A stretch of DNA of 59,958 nucleotides from Gekko japonicus. Its lineage: Eukaryota. Both the position numbers and the translations under genes were made by a program. Positions 29,601 through 39,716 of this stretch are shown here, one piece after another (position 1 is the first letter of the stretch; each line of letters opens with the position of its first letter). The DNA is taken from contig NW_015165871.1 of assembly GCF_001447785.1 (NCBI RefSeq), forward strand, positions 1 through 59,958, written 5' to 3'. The notes under the pieces are model-generated. The model was not told the DNA's origin and ran no database searches. It saw only the letters and a list, made by a program, of their open reading frames with translations.

Positions 29601-30554
29601 CGTCCCCCCCCCCGGCAGACTCGTTGCTACACGATGCTTTCCAAACGGAAAGGAAAGACCTGAGAATGTGCAAAACAGGGGCAGAGCGAAGGTACAACAC
29701 TAGCCAGCACACCACCCCCCGGAAGCACTCACCACAGCAACAAAGGGCCTCTGTACTTGCAGGGCCACTGGCTGGACCGTGTCCAAGATCGAGAACGGCC
29801 ACGTGCTGGAGAGGAAAGAGCCTGGTCAGCAAGGCCAGGCCTGGAGAGAGGCAAGCCGGTGGATGGCGCCCGTCCCCTTCCGCCCGCTGTCCCCCCCCCC
29901 AGCCCACCTGAAGCGCAGAAGGCCGGCCCTCCCGTTGGTTGTGGTTTCCTCGGGGAAGAGCAGCAGGGGCGGGCTGCCTCCGTGGGAGGAGTAGGCCTTC
30001 AGGGACTCCAGGAGCTCCGCTCGCCCTCCTGTGCTGCCCACCTCCAGGAAGCCCCGGGACCAGCAGATGAAGCCAGAGGCCCCGTTCAGCATGGGCTGTG
30101 GAGGGAAAAAAAGAGAAAGTGAGACTGACGGTCCCAGACGCACCACACACGCAGACACAGCTCAGACGCCGAGGACAGGAAACAATTTCTGGGTGCCTGT
30201 GAGCCGCCCCAAGGGAACTGCCTCCCTCCAGGTGGGGAAGATAAACCACCAAAAAGACTTCCCGAATGTCGCACAAAATGCTCGGGGCGGCAGCCCCTTT
30301 TTAAAACCAAAAACACTGGAATGAGGCCACCTGCCGAGGTGAACTTCAGACCACCACCACCACCACCCCCTCCCTCCCTCCTGGGGGCCAGGCTCCTACT
30401 CACCGCATTGCAAGAGGTCAGCAAGTTAATGACATTGTGGTCGAAGTGAGTGACGTGGTTGGCGATGTAGACGCGGGCCCGGAGGCTGCGCTGCTGAGGC
30501 TGGCTCTGCCGCACCAGGAGGCCCAGCACGGAACACATCACCCGCACGACGAAC
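26582..30554 (-). CDS. AUP1: AUP1 lipid droplet regulating VLDL assembly factor (exons 3-12; exons 1-2 in gap 30744-31327)
   Basis: Acyltransferase-like motifs (NHVTHFD, LLFPEETTTNGR), CUE domain (MAQRVKEVLPHVP...TIANLLEG), G2BR (SLQDRKHALFDYARRRY). Confidence 0.95.
26722..26810 (-). CDS. AUP1: AUP1 exon 11
   Basis: LPLKVFARSPEARHLSLQDRKHALFDYARR. Confidence 0.9.
26932..27062 (-). CDS. AUP1: AUP1 exon 10 (5' end damaged)
   Basis: ATIANLLEGRVPFTPGEAEEEPPLP...PPPAT then donor GTACGT; no AG acceptor visible. Confidence 0.8.
28300..28440 (-). CDS. AUP1: AUP1 exon 9
   Basis: VPSQPLAARP...RLMGMAQRVKEVLPHVPLAVIRKDL. Confidence 0.88.
28741..28846 (-). CDS. AUP1: AUP1 exon 8
   Basis: LLALELGVASTRVTATDKAEHLKRLRHSPPVPYAP. 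Confidence 0.9.
28987..29053 (-). CDS. AUP1: AUP1 exon 7
   Basis: WLPSVCRRAEETREELALRVQE. Confidence 0.9.
29194..29390. mobile_element. hAT-type MITE in AUP1 intron 6
   Basis: TIRs CAGTGTTCCCTCTAAGCTG / CAGCTTAGAGGGAGCGTTG; perfect 8-bp TSD CTCCTTAG at 29186-29193 and 29391-29398. Confidence 0.9.
29457..29530 (-). CDS. AUP1: AUP1 exon 6
   Basis: SSADASWVTELLWTFFVPFTIYQVR. Confidence 0.9.
29733..29805 (-). CDS. AUP1: AUP1 exon 5
   Basis: STWPFSILDTVQPVALQVQRPFVAV. Confidence 0.9.
29908..30095 (-). CDS. AUP1: AUP1 exon 4
   Basis: PMLNGASGFICWSRGFLE...PLLLFPEETTTNGRAGLLRF. Confidence 0.92.
30404..30554 (-). CDS. AUP1: AUP1 exon 3
   Basis: FVVRVMCSVLGLLVRQ...YIANHVTHFDHNVINLLTSCNA. Confidence 0.92.
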
Positions 30555-30559
30555 CTGGG

Positions 30560-31500
30560 AGGCGGGCCACAAGCACACGGGTGTGCGCGTGTGTGCGTGT
30601 GTCAAGGGAGGGGGGGGCATCACCTCACTCACTCCCCCTCTCGCTCCCCCCTCCGGCTGGGGCTCCGTCGTTCCCCGCGGCCTTCCCCTCCCCTCCCCTC
30701 CCCCCCCCCCCCCCCCCCCCGCCCGGGCGGGGCGGGCGGGAGGNNNNNNNNNNNNNNNNNNNNNNNNNNNNNNNNNNNNNNNNNNNNNNNNNNNNNNNNN
30801 NNNNNNNNNNNNNNNNNNNNNNNNNNNNNNNNNNNNNNNNNNNNNNNNNNNNNNNNNNNNNNNNNNNNNNNNNNNNNNNNNNNNNNNNNNNNNNNNNNNN
30901 NNNNNNNNNNNNNNNNNNNNNNNNNNNNNNNNNNNNNNNNNNNNNNNNNNNNNNNNNNNNNNNNNNNNNNNNNNNNNNNNNNNNNNNNNNNNNNNNNNNN
31001 NNNNNNNNNNNNNNNNNNNNNNNNNNNNNNNNNNNNNNNNNNNNNNNNNNNNNNNNNNNNNNNNNNNNNNNNNNNNNNNNNNNNNNNNNNNNNNNNNNNN
31101 NNNNNNNNNNNNNNNNNNNNNNNNNNNNNNNNNNNNNNNNNNNNNNNNNNNNNNNNNNNNNNNNNNNNNNNNNNNNNNNNNNNNNNNNNNNNNNNNNNNN
31201 NNNNNNNNNNNNNNNNNNNNNNNNNNNNNNNNNNNNNNNNNNNNNNNNNNNNNNNNNNNNNNNNNNNNNNNNNNNNNNNNNNNNNNNNNNNNNNNNNNNN
31301 NNNNNNNNNNNNNNNNNNNNNNNNNNNGGGGGGGGGGATGGAGCGTCAGGCCGCGGGTCACCCAGCTGGCTTCGCACCCGGGCCGCTCTCTCTGTCGGCG
31401 GGCCTGGTCCCTCTCGGCCGCCTCCTCCTCCTCCTCCTCCTCCTCCTCCAAGGGAAAGGCTGGTCAGTGTTGGGCCGTCCCGGGAAATCCCTTCTGGGAT
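30560..31500. promoter_or_regulatory. CpG-rich head-to-head promoter region of AUP1 and HTRA2 (mostly gap)
   Basis: Very GC/CpG-rich flanks with GGGCGG boxes; divergent genes whose first exons are not visible elsewhere. Confidence 0.65.
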
Positions 31501-31616
31501 GCTGCCTTTTTGGTTGGGGGAAGCCCGCCTGGCAGAGCGTTTCCTGCACTGCGAATGCACCGCAGGGGGGATGTTGAGTGGTGTGCAGCAGTTTGCAGTT
31601 CTGGCAAAGGGAACTT

Positions 31617-32730
31617 TAAGAGCCGGAGAAGAGCCCTGCTGGATCAGACCGGTGAGGGGGTCCACCTACACAGGGGCCAGCCACTTCCTCTGGAGGGCCA
31701 ACAGCGGGGCTGTGGAGGCCGAGGCCTTCCCCTGAGGTTGCCTCCTGGCGCTCGGATTCAGAGGTTCGCTGCCTCTGGACGTGGAGGCGCTCCCCTCAGC
31801 CACCATGACTAGTAGCCATTGATAGACTTACTCTCCATGAATCTATCCAACCCCCTCTTAAAGCTGTTTATTCCCGTGGCCACCACTACACCCTCTGGCA
31901 GCGAATTCCACATTTTCATCACTCTCTGTGGAAAGAGGTATTTCTTTTTGTCCGTCCTGAACCTACTGCCCATCCGCTTCATTGGGTGCCCCTGGGTTCT
32001 AGTAGTTTGGGAAAGGGAAAAAACTCTCCCACCCCTTGTGTAATTTTACTGTCATCTCTCATGTCCTCCCTTAGTTGTCTCTTTTCTAACCTGGAAAGTC
32101 CCAGAGTCTTTGGCCTTTCCTCCTAGGGAAGGTGTTCCAACCCTCTAATCACGTGGTTGCCCTTCTCTCTACTTTTCCCCACTCTGCAGTGTCCTTTTGG
32201 AGATGCAGTGAGCAGAGCTGTACACGGTATTCCAAATGAGGCCGCACCATAGATCTATACAGGGGCATTACAATAGTGGCTGTTTTAGTCATGATAATCC
32301 CTAACACAGAGTTTGCCCTTTTCAGTGCTGTAGCACACTGGGTTGACACTTTCATTGAGCCATCCACTACGACCCCAAGATCTTTTCCCCTCCCATTCTC
32401 TGCTAGTTTAGGCCCCATTCACCTAGACTTGAAGCTGGGACCTTTTGTCCCAATGGGCCTCGCCTTGACACTTAACCAGCCCTGGATTTCATTTGCCCCA
32501 TTGCCGCCCCCTCCCCTAGTTTGTGGCGGTCCTCTTGGAGGTCAGCATCCTGAATACTCCTCTGCCAACTTGGCCACGACACGACTCACCCCTCGTCCCA
32601 GATCCTTCATGAATAAACTCACCAGCACCGGCCCCAAGACCAATCCTTGTGGGACCTCAGTGCTGACTTCCTCCCACTGTGAGAACTGTCCGTCTATTCC
32701 ACCTCTTTGCCGCTGGTCTTTTAGCTGCCT
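31617..32730 (-). mobile_element. CR1 LINE 3' fragment in HTRA2 intron 1
   Basis: Minus translation KDLGVVVDGSMKVSTQCATALKRANSVLGII...PLYRSMVRPHLEYRVQL; CR1 3' UTR near 31620-31900. Confidence 0.85.
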
Positions 32731-33427
32731 GTGACTGCTGAAAGTCCCTACTCTGAGAATCTGGTTGGGCTCTGAGGTGTGACTGAATTGAATTTGAGCT
32801 GTTCTGTGGTGTTAAATCTGTAAAATAAGTTTAGATTTGTTAGGCAAGCAAGTATAGCATACGTTTCGAAGTTTCCCCGAAAACTGTGTGTGTGTGTGTG
32901 GGGGGGGATTTCCCCCGCCCCGTGTCTTCAAATGTTTTGAAAATGTTGTCTCTCTAAGTCAGACAGAAACGTGAATGGCCAGGGGGGAGGAGGAGGGGCA
33001 TCGTGCTCCCGTAGGCGGTGAGGGAACTCATGGTCTCGGGCTGCTCAGCGGTTCCCCTCGCCCTCAGGTCAGGCCGGATGGAGAGCCAGCCCTCTTGGGC
33101 CGCAGGAGATGGGCAAGAGACGCACTGAAGTTCGATCCAGGCAGATGCTGGGGAGGCAGTGTGCCCGCCGCTCTGGGTGGCCTCGCTCTGGGCCCAGAAG
33201 AGCTGAGTGGAGCCTTGGCAGGAGGAGGGCTCTTCCTGCTCCCTGGGAGGATGCTCCTCCACAGCCGCCCTCCTGCCGGTGTGACCTGGAAAAGGGCCTC
33301 TTGCTGGGCAGCCATCGCCAGGCCCTCCCCAGGGCTCAGGCCTCTCCTTGGGTACTGGTGCTGGGTGGCATGCGTGCGCCCCACTTGGAGTGTGTGATTG
33401 CCCGTCGTCTTCTCCTGTTGTCCTCAG

Positions 33428-33632
33428 GCATCCATTCTCGGGGCGTGAGTTACCCATCTCCAATGGTTCTGGTTTTGTGGTGTCTGCAGATGGCCTCATT
33501 GTGACGAATGCCCACGTTGTGGCAAACCGCAGGCGGGTGAGGGTGCGGCTGGCCAGCGGGGAGCTCTACAATGCAGTCGTGCGGCAGGTAGACCCGGTCG
33601 CGGACATCGCCACCATCAAGATCGACCCCAAG
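33428..33632 (+). CDS. HTRA2: HTRA2 exon 2
   Basis: [31 protein letters not shown]...[10 protein letters not shown]. Confidence 0.94.
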
Positions 33633-36600
33633 GTGCCTGGCTTTTGCCAAACCCTGGGGAGGGAGGGATGTGGGTCTCCGGGTGTCCTGGGGTAGGGCAG
33701 GAGGCGTTTTTTAACCTTGGAAGCTGGGAACATTGTAGAACCACACACGCACACAGATTCTGGGTTGCATGTGTGATGGAAGAAGTGGCTCCAGATCCTT
33801 CCAGCCCCATGCAACAGAGGAAGGCAGCTCCTCCATCCGTGAGCTAGTCTGATTGGGGATTCTTGGCTCCGGAGGGTGGGTGACCCAGTGATGGTCCAAA
33901 CCACTCCCCCCCCCCCCCGGATCTCTTTGGCTCAGGGGGATGCTGCAGCCAAGTGCCGCCCCCAACGTCAGCCTCTTCCTCTCCCCTCAGCACCCCCTGC
34001 CCACCTTGCCCTTGGGCCGCTCATCAGAGGTGCGCCAGGGTGAGTTTGTGGTGGCCATGGGCAGCCCTTTTGCCCTCCAGAACACCGTCACGTCCGGCAT
34101 CGTCAGCTCGGTCCAGCGAGGAGGGCGAGAACTGGGCCTGGCCGCTTCGGACATGGAGTACATCCAGACAGACGCTGCCATCGACGTAAGGCTCCTGTGG
34201 TCTTGTCCCCTCTGGAGCTTCTCTGACTGGGGGTGCTGCATCTGCCGCACGGGAGGGGCTCGGGCCTTCCTCTGCAAGAGCCCACGGAGTGGCTCCTCAG
34301 GATACCTTTCCTTTCCCCTCCACAGTTTGGGAACTCTGGTGGCCCGCTGGTCAACCTGGTAAGTTCCCAGTGCTCTGCACGTGACAGGCACCTGGCCGGT
34401 TTTTCCTGGGGCTGGGCGCCCGGGGGTGGGGGCGGGGGCTTCTGCCTCTTCCTTCTGGCTGCTTGGGGGGCGGGGGAGAGGCGGCTTCTCCTCCTTGAGC
34501 AGGCTGCAGTTCTCTTCCCAGCCCAGGCCCGGCTGTGTCCTTGGGTGAGGGGAGCCCAGGGGTGTCATTGGACGGCCTGCGAGCCACAGGGGGGGCCCCT
34601 CCCCCCTTTGCAGCCCCCCCCCTTTGCAGCCCGTGGGGGGGGCTGCTTTTCATGCGAATGGGTCTTCAGAGCGCTGCCACGGTGACGCTGTCCTCTCCTA
34701 GGACGGGGAGGTGATTGGCGTCANNNNNNNNNNNNNNNNNNNNNNNNNNNNNNNNNNNNNNNNNNNNNNNNNNNNNNNNNNNNNNNNNNNNNNNNNNNNN
34801 NNNNNNNNNNNNNNNNNNNNNNNNNNNNNNNNNNNNNNNNNNNNNNNNNNNNNGGCCTGGGCTCCGTCCTGAACGGGTGGCTGTCCTTGAGGGAGGTGGG
34901 GGATGGGCGGCAGCCCCCCCCCCCGCCCCGTGCTGCCTCTGCGTGCTGTGTGGGTGTCGACTCTCCAGACTGCCTTCAGGCGGGTTGCTGCTCTGGGCTT
35001 CCTGCTTCTGGAGGGGGTGGGCCGGGCCGTGGGCTCTCTCTGGCCCTTGGGGCGGGGGGGGAGGATGGGCAGCACCCCCTTGTTGACGGCCTCTCCTCTC
35101 GCAGGCTCCTGGTTCGGCCGCACGGAGGGGAAGCGTCGCTACATTGGCGTGATGATGCTGACCCTGACCCCCAGGTGAGCCGGAGCCCCCTTCCCCCCGG
35201 CAGGGAGCGGTCAACCTCGGAGGGGGGAGGGGGGCAGCAGCAGGCAGCTCCCTGCCTCTCCTCCACTGTCCTGTTGTTAGGTGGCAGCTCCTGAAGTTTG
35301 TTCCACACAAAACCCTTTTTATATCTAATGCTGAGCAGTGTCCTTAGTGTGGATGGAAGAGTTTACACAGTGAGGCGACGTACAGATAAGCGGTATTTTC
35401 CTGCAGGCTGGAGCAAGCTCCAAGTCCCAGGGGGTGGGTGGGTGTTGGAAACTGTAGAATAGGACGAGCAATGCTTGCTTTCTAAAGGAAAGAATGCCTC
35501 TGGCATCTTGTGGGGCTACGCTTAAGATTTTGGTAGCTACTTGGGGGTCGGACGGGCAGTCTGCCACCGGCATTGCCGAAGCTTCCAAGCCTCAGTTAGT
35601 GTTAGTGTGGGGGGAGAGAGACCTCCTCTGGGAGGAAGGCGTCCTCAGGAACTGTTCCACGAGAGCACAGGTCACGCACTCAGCATTCCCTTCCCCCACT
35701 ACAACCATGGCAAACTGAGCAGAGCAGAGTTTGACAACGCCGGAGGAGGGGAATCGAGAGGAAGAGAGCGAGGCAGGGCTGCTTGGTGGGCGGCAAAGGG
35801 GAGAAGAGGGAGGGAGTGGGGGAACAAAGTCCTCCGGGGCTTCTCCTGAAATGCTCCCTCCGGGTTCAGGCGGAGGCCAGCAGAGCTTCTTCCTGTCAAG
35901 CAGGAGGGACACAGGCAGGGGCCTCCCTCGCGGCTCTCAGTGCCAGAGGGCCTCTGCTTTGCATGCGGAGAGTCCCCAGCAGCCTCTCCAGTCAGAGGAG
36001 AGGGGGAAGACCTCGACCTGAGGCCCTGGGGAACCTCTGCTGGTCCGGGGAGACCCTGAGGCACCCCAGCGGTCTGTCTTGGAGAAAGGCAGCTTCGTCT
36101 GTCCGTCCATCCATCCATCAGGCGGCGGCTGCTGCTGCGCTGAGACATCTCCCTGGGCCGCTCACTTGCTGGGGGTGGGGTGGGGGCTTGTTTTCCTCCC
36201 TCTGCAAAATGGGCAGCTGTGTGGCACTGTTAGGTCGGGGAAGGCCACGGAGGTGCTTGCAGGCGTCAGGAGGGGCACGGAGTCAGCCTTGGCGGCACAC
36301 GGCCCTGGATCGGCCCCCTTCTTTGGGGTGGGCGGCTGGGATGACGGGTCACACTGCCAGGAGCAGAAGACCTTCGGGGAGAGGAGTGTGGCGCTGGCGT
36401 GGCCTGGACAGCCCAGGAGGTGCGTGTAATCAATCCCCCCCCCCGCTGCTGACCGTGGGGTCTCCTGCCTGCCTGCCTGCCTTCCACAGCATCCTGTCTG
36501 AGCTGAAGCTGCGGGACCCGGCCTTCCCTGACGTGCCTCATGGGGTCCTCATCCACAAGGTGATCCTTGGCTCTCCAGCTCACCAGTGAGTGTCGGGGCT

Positions 36601-36853
36601 TCCTCTTGCCGGACCGTAAGGGGGGGGGCGGTGGTCCCTTCCCCTTCTCCCGTCGGACAGGATGTCCCTCCCGTTCTCCCTCCCCAGAGCAGGACTCGAG
36701 GCGGGGGACGTGCTGGTGGAGATCAACGGGCAGCCCTCGCAGCGGGCGGAAGACGTCTACAAGGCAGTGCGGACGCAGCCCCACCTGGCCCTGCTGGTGC
36801 GGCGGGGCTCCGAGTCCTTGCGTCTGACCATCACCCCGGAGGTCACAGACTAG
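33428..36853 (+). CDS. HTRA2: HtrA serine peptidase 2 (Omi), exons 2-8; exon 1 probably in gap
   Basis: Catalytic triad motifs TNAHVV, DIAT and GNSGGPL; C-terminal PDZ (YIGVMMLTL...ITPEVTD); synteny. Confidence 0.96.
33991..34185 (+). CDS. HTRA2: HTRA2 exon 3
   Basis: [40 protein letters not shown]...YIQTDAAID. Confidence 0.95.
34326..34358 (+). CDS. HTRA2: HTRA2 exon 4
   Basis: [11 protein letters not shown], 33 bp, AG/GT bounded. Confidence 0.95.
34702..34723 (+). CDS. HTRA2: HTRA2 exon 5 start (rest in gap)
   Basis: TAG acceptor then DGEVIGV, then N run. Confidence 0.85.
35105..35174 (+). CDS. HTRA2: HTRA2 exon 6
   Basis: [22 protein letters not shown]. Confidence 0.92.
36490..36585 (+). 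CDS. HTRA2: HTRA2 exon 7
   Basis: [31 protein letters not shown]. Confidence 0.93.
36688..36853 (+). CDS. HTRA2: HTRA2 exon 8 (terminal coding)
   Basis: [15 protein letters not shown]...[11 protein letters not shown]. Confidence 0.93.
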
Positions 36854-37459
36854 GGTGGGAGGCAAACTTCAGCTTGCCCAGGCGCCACGGAGTCTGTCTC
36901 GAGCACAGGGACGGCGAGGGGGCCTCCCTCTCTTTGCCCCCCCCCCTCGGAAGAGGAGGCTGTCGCCCTCTCGGAGTCCTCTGTGCATTTGGGCCTGGGC
37001 AGGGTATCCGGCCCTTCCCCCCCCCACCCCCGGGGGTCCTCTGTGACAGAGTCTCGGAAGGGTGCCTGGCATTGGTCTCTGCAGAGTCAGAGCCGACAAG
37101 AGCAGGGGGGGGGGACTGCTCTGAAAGGGGGGGGGTCAGTGCTGGGGGTGGTGCGCCCTGCCTGCACCTGGGTGGCTTTCAACTGCCTGATGGAAGAGGA
37201 GAGCCCAGAGCCGCAGCTGTCTGGCCCGAGCAGCAGGAGGAGCTAACAGGGCGGGGGGGGGGGGGAGGATCCTCTTTCCTCAGGGAAGGCCACGGGCGGC
37301 CCCTCGCCCTTCTCGGACTACTGGAATGCGTCAGTTCAAACTCTGCCCTTGCCTGTGTGAAGAAAGTCTCCCTCGTGGCTCTGTAGTTCAAGAGGATCCT
37401 TCATGTGGAAGGAGCGCTTAAGTTCAGATTTTTTAAAAAAAATAATGTTCTGCACGAGG

Positions 37460-37465
37460 AATAAA
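37460..37465 (+). terminator. HTRA2: HTRA2 polyadenylation signal
   Basis: AATAAA ~600 bp after the stop codon in an AT-rich patch. Confidence 0.55.
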
Positions 37466-38541
37466 ATGATGTAAGCCAAGATGGAAAGAAAGTGGCATTT
37501 GGATTTTGCCAGCTCCACCGGGTGTTCTTGGGTACGCGTTTTGTGCTTGGAGTTGTCGTCAGTGTTGAAATTCCTTAGAGTCGTTTTGTTGTTTGTGAGC
37601 CCCTCTGGAGCGGCCAGAGCGCCGGGTTCCCCGCAGGCCGGGCAGAGGCTGTCCTGGAGCGCCACTGTTGTCCTGACGGGGCGGAGGCTCCCGGTGTGTT
37701 TCCAGCCTCTTGGGTGCTGCGAGCCGGCTGCAAAACCCCCACCTGATGAGGCTTCCCGGTGGGCTTTGGGGGTGCCAGTGGCCGAGTGGCACTCCTTTCT
37801 CTGCTTGCCCCACGGGGAGGGGAGGGGAGGAAAGATGGGGGCAGCTGATCCCTGTCCACTGAGAGACCGGGGCCGCCATGCCAGAGGGCTGCTTATGGAT
37901 CTGCCTGGTCCCAGGAGGGAGGGGTGTGTGAAAAAGAGAAGCCCCCCCCCCTTTCGGCTTCCCTTTCCCCAGAGCAGCCTACAGCACAGTCCGCACATGT
38001 GAGGATGAGGGGCTGACCGCTGGCCAGCCACTACAGTCGACAGGCAGCACTTGCCTTCCTCTGGAAACCCGGGTGCTTGCTTTGGGGAAGGAGGGGTGTG
38101 CATCTTCCACCGCTTTGTGCTACTGGCGCTGAGCCTCTCTCGCCCACTTCCGTTTCCTGCAGAGGAGCTCACAAGAGCCCCCCGGGAACAGACCAGGGGC
38201 CCTTCTAGGCCAGCCGCCCCTGGAGGGCCAAACGAAGACGGCGCCGAGGCCCGGAGGAGGAGGAGGAGGAGGCCCTTGGGGCCCTCACGCAGAGGTTGGC
38301 CACCGCTGGTGAGGGAGGCTTCCTTCTGCCGACTGGGCTGGCAGCCACTGAAGGCCCCCCCCTTCGTCCGTGAACCTGCCCCATGGAGGGGGGCAGTGGT
38401 TCCTGACCATCACTGTGGCGGGTGGTGGATTCTGCCACTTAATTACCAGGTAACCCAAAAAGAGCCCTGCTGGATCAGGCCAGGCCAGCCTCCCGACTCA
38501 CTCAGGTGTGACCTGTTTACTCTGGAGGGCTGCCTGTGACC

Positions 38542-38717
38542 ATTATAGCTTTGGAAAAAGTGCAGAAAAGAGCAACTCGAATGATAAAAGGGTTGGAACA
38601 CTTTCCCTATGAGGAACGGTTAAGGCGCTTAGGGCTCTTTAGCTTGGAGAAACGACGACTGAGGGGTGACATGATTGAGGTTTATAAGATTATGCATGGG
38701 AAAGAGCAGGTAGAGAA
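38542..38717 (+). mobile_element. Internal CR1 ORF2 fragment
   Basis: 176 bp matching 17888-18063 with only two differences seen. Confidence 0.9.
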
Positions 38718-39642
38718 TGTGTGAGAGAAGAAAGAAATTAGGTCTCCCACACACACACAAACTCCTCGGGTAGATCATTTTATAGACCTTTCTCATATCT
38801 GCCCCCTGGTTGTCTGTTGTTGAACAGTTCCAGTCTTCAGTCGGCATTTCTAAGGAGTCGGCAGGTCAGATTCTTCTCCTTTTTTGCCCTTCCCCTTTTC
38901 CAGTGCTGGCAGCTGCAGGCCTCCCTGAGGGCCCAGGTGGTGGCTGCTGCTGCAGCTTGACCGCGGGGTCCCCGCAGCTGCCTGGGGCATTCCCACTGGG
39001 CATCTCCTCCGCCTCTCCCTCTCTCCCTCCCAGCGGCCAGGCCTCCTTTCACCTTCCGCAGGGCAATTTGTTCCCCTGCTAAACCCAGCCAGGAAAGAAA
39101 ACATTCCAGGGAACACAGAGAGGGTTAGCCTGGGTGTTCAGGAAACCTCAGGGCTGGCCGGCCCCCTCCCTCCCTCCCTCCCTCGCTCAATGGCTTTTTC
39201 CTGGCTTGGGCTGCGGAGGCCTGGCCCAAGGAGATGCGAGGCTCTGTCCTGCCCTCCTCGCTCACTGCAGATGGCCGGCCAGGGAGCGCCCCCCCCCCCA
39301 CACCTCCTCTTGAATCACCAGGCAGGAGGCAAGTTGGGGGCAAAGAATGACTCTTTATATGGAACACAGCCCGGCCCTGGAGGGGCTGGCGAGCACCACG
39401 TGAGGAGAGGGCCCAGTGGATGGGGGCCCTGGGGGAGGGGCACCAGAGCTGGGTTCTCCCTGCAGTCCAGTGCCGGCCTGCGTATCACAGAGTGGCCGCT
39501 TGGCCCCACGCTCCTCCCTCCAGGGCTCTGGTGGGTCCAGAAGAGGGCAGCGAGCGGTGCCAGCGTGCCATCCTGGCCCCACTTGGTGCAGCTGGTGCAG
39601 GAGCGGGCTGCCTGGGGCCCGGGAGCGGTTGGATGGCTTGGC

Positions 39643-39716
39643 CTATACGACTTGGTTGTTCAGCTGTCCGGGATACTGTTCAAAGCGCCTGCTGGCCTCC
39701 TCACTGAGCGCGTCAC
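39643..39716 (-). CDS. LOXL3: LOXL3 exon 14 (terminal coding)
   Basis: (G)[23 protein letters not shown]. Confidence 0.92.

Noticed and set aside
32975-33397. ORF upstream of HTRA2 exon 2 as HTRA2 exon 1
   Set aside because: Lacks AVPS-like and NFIADVVEK motifs; treated as intron
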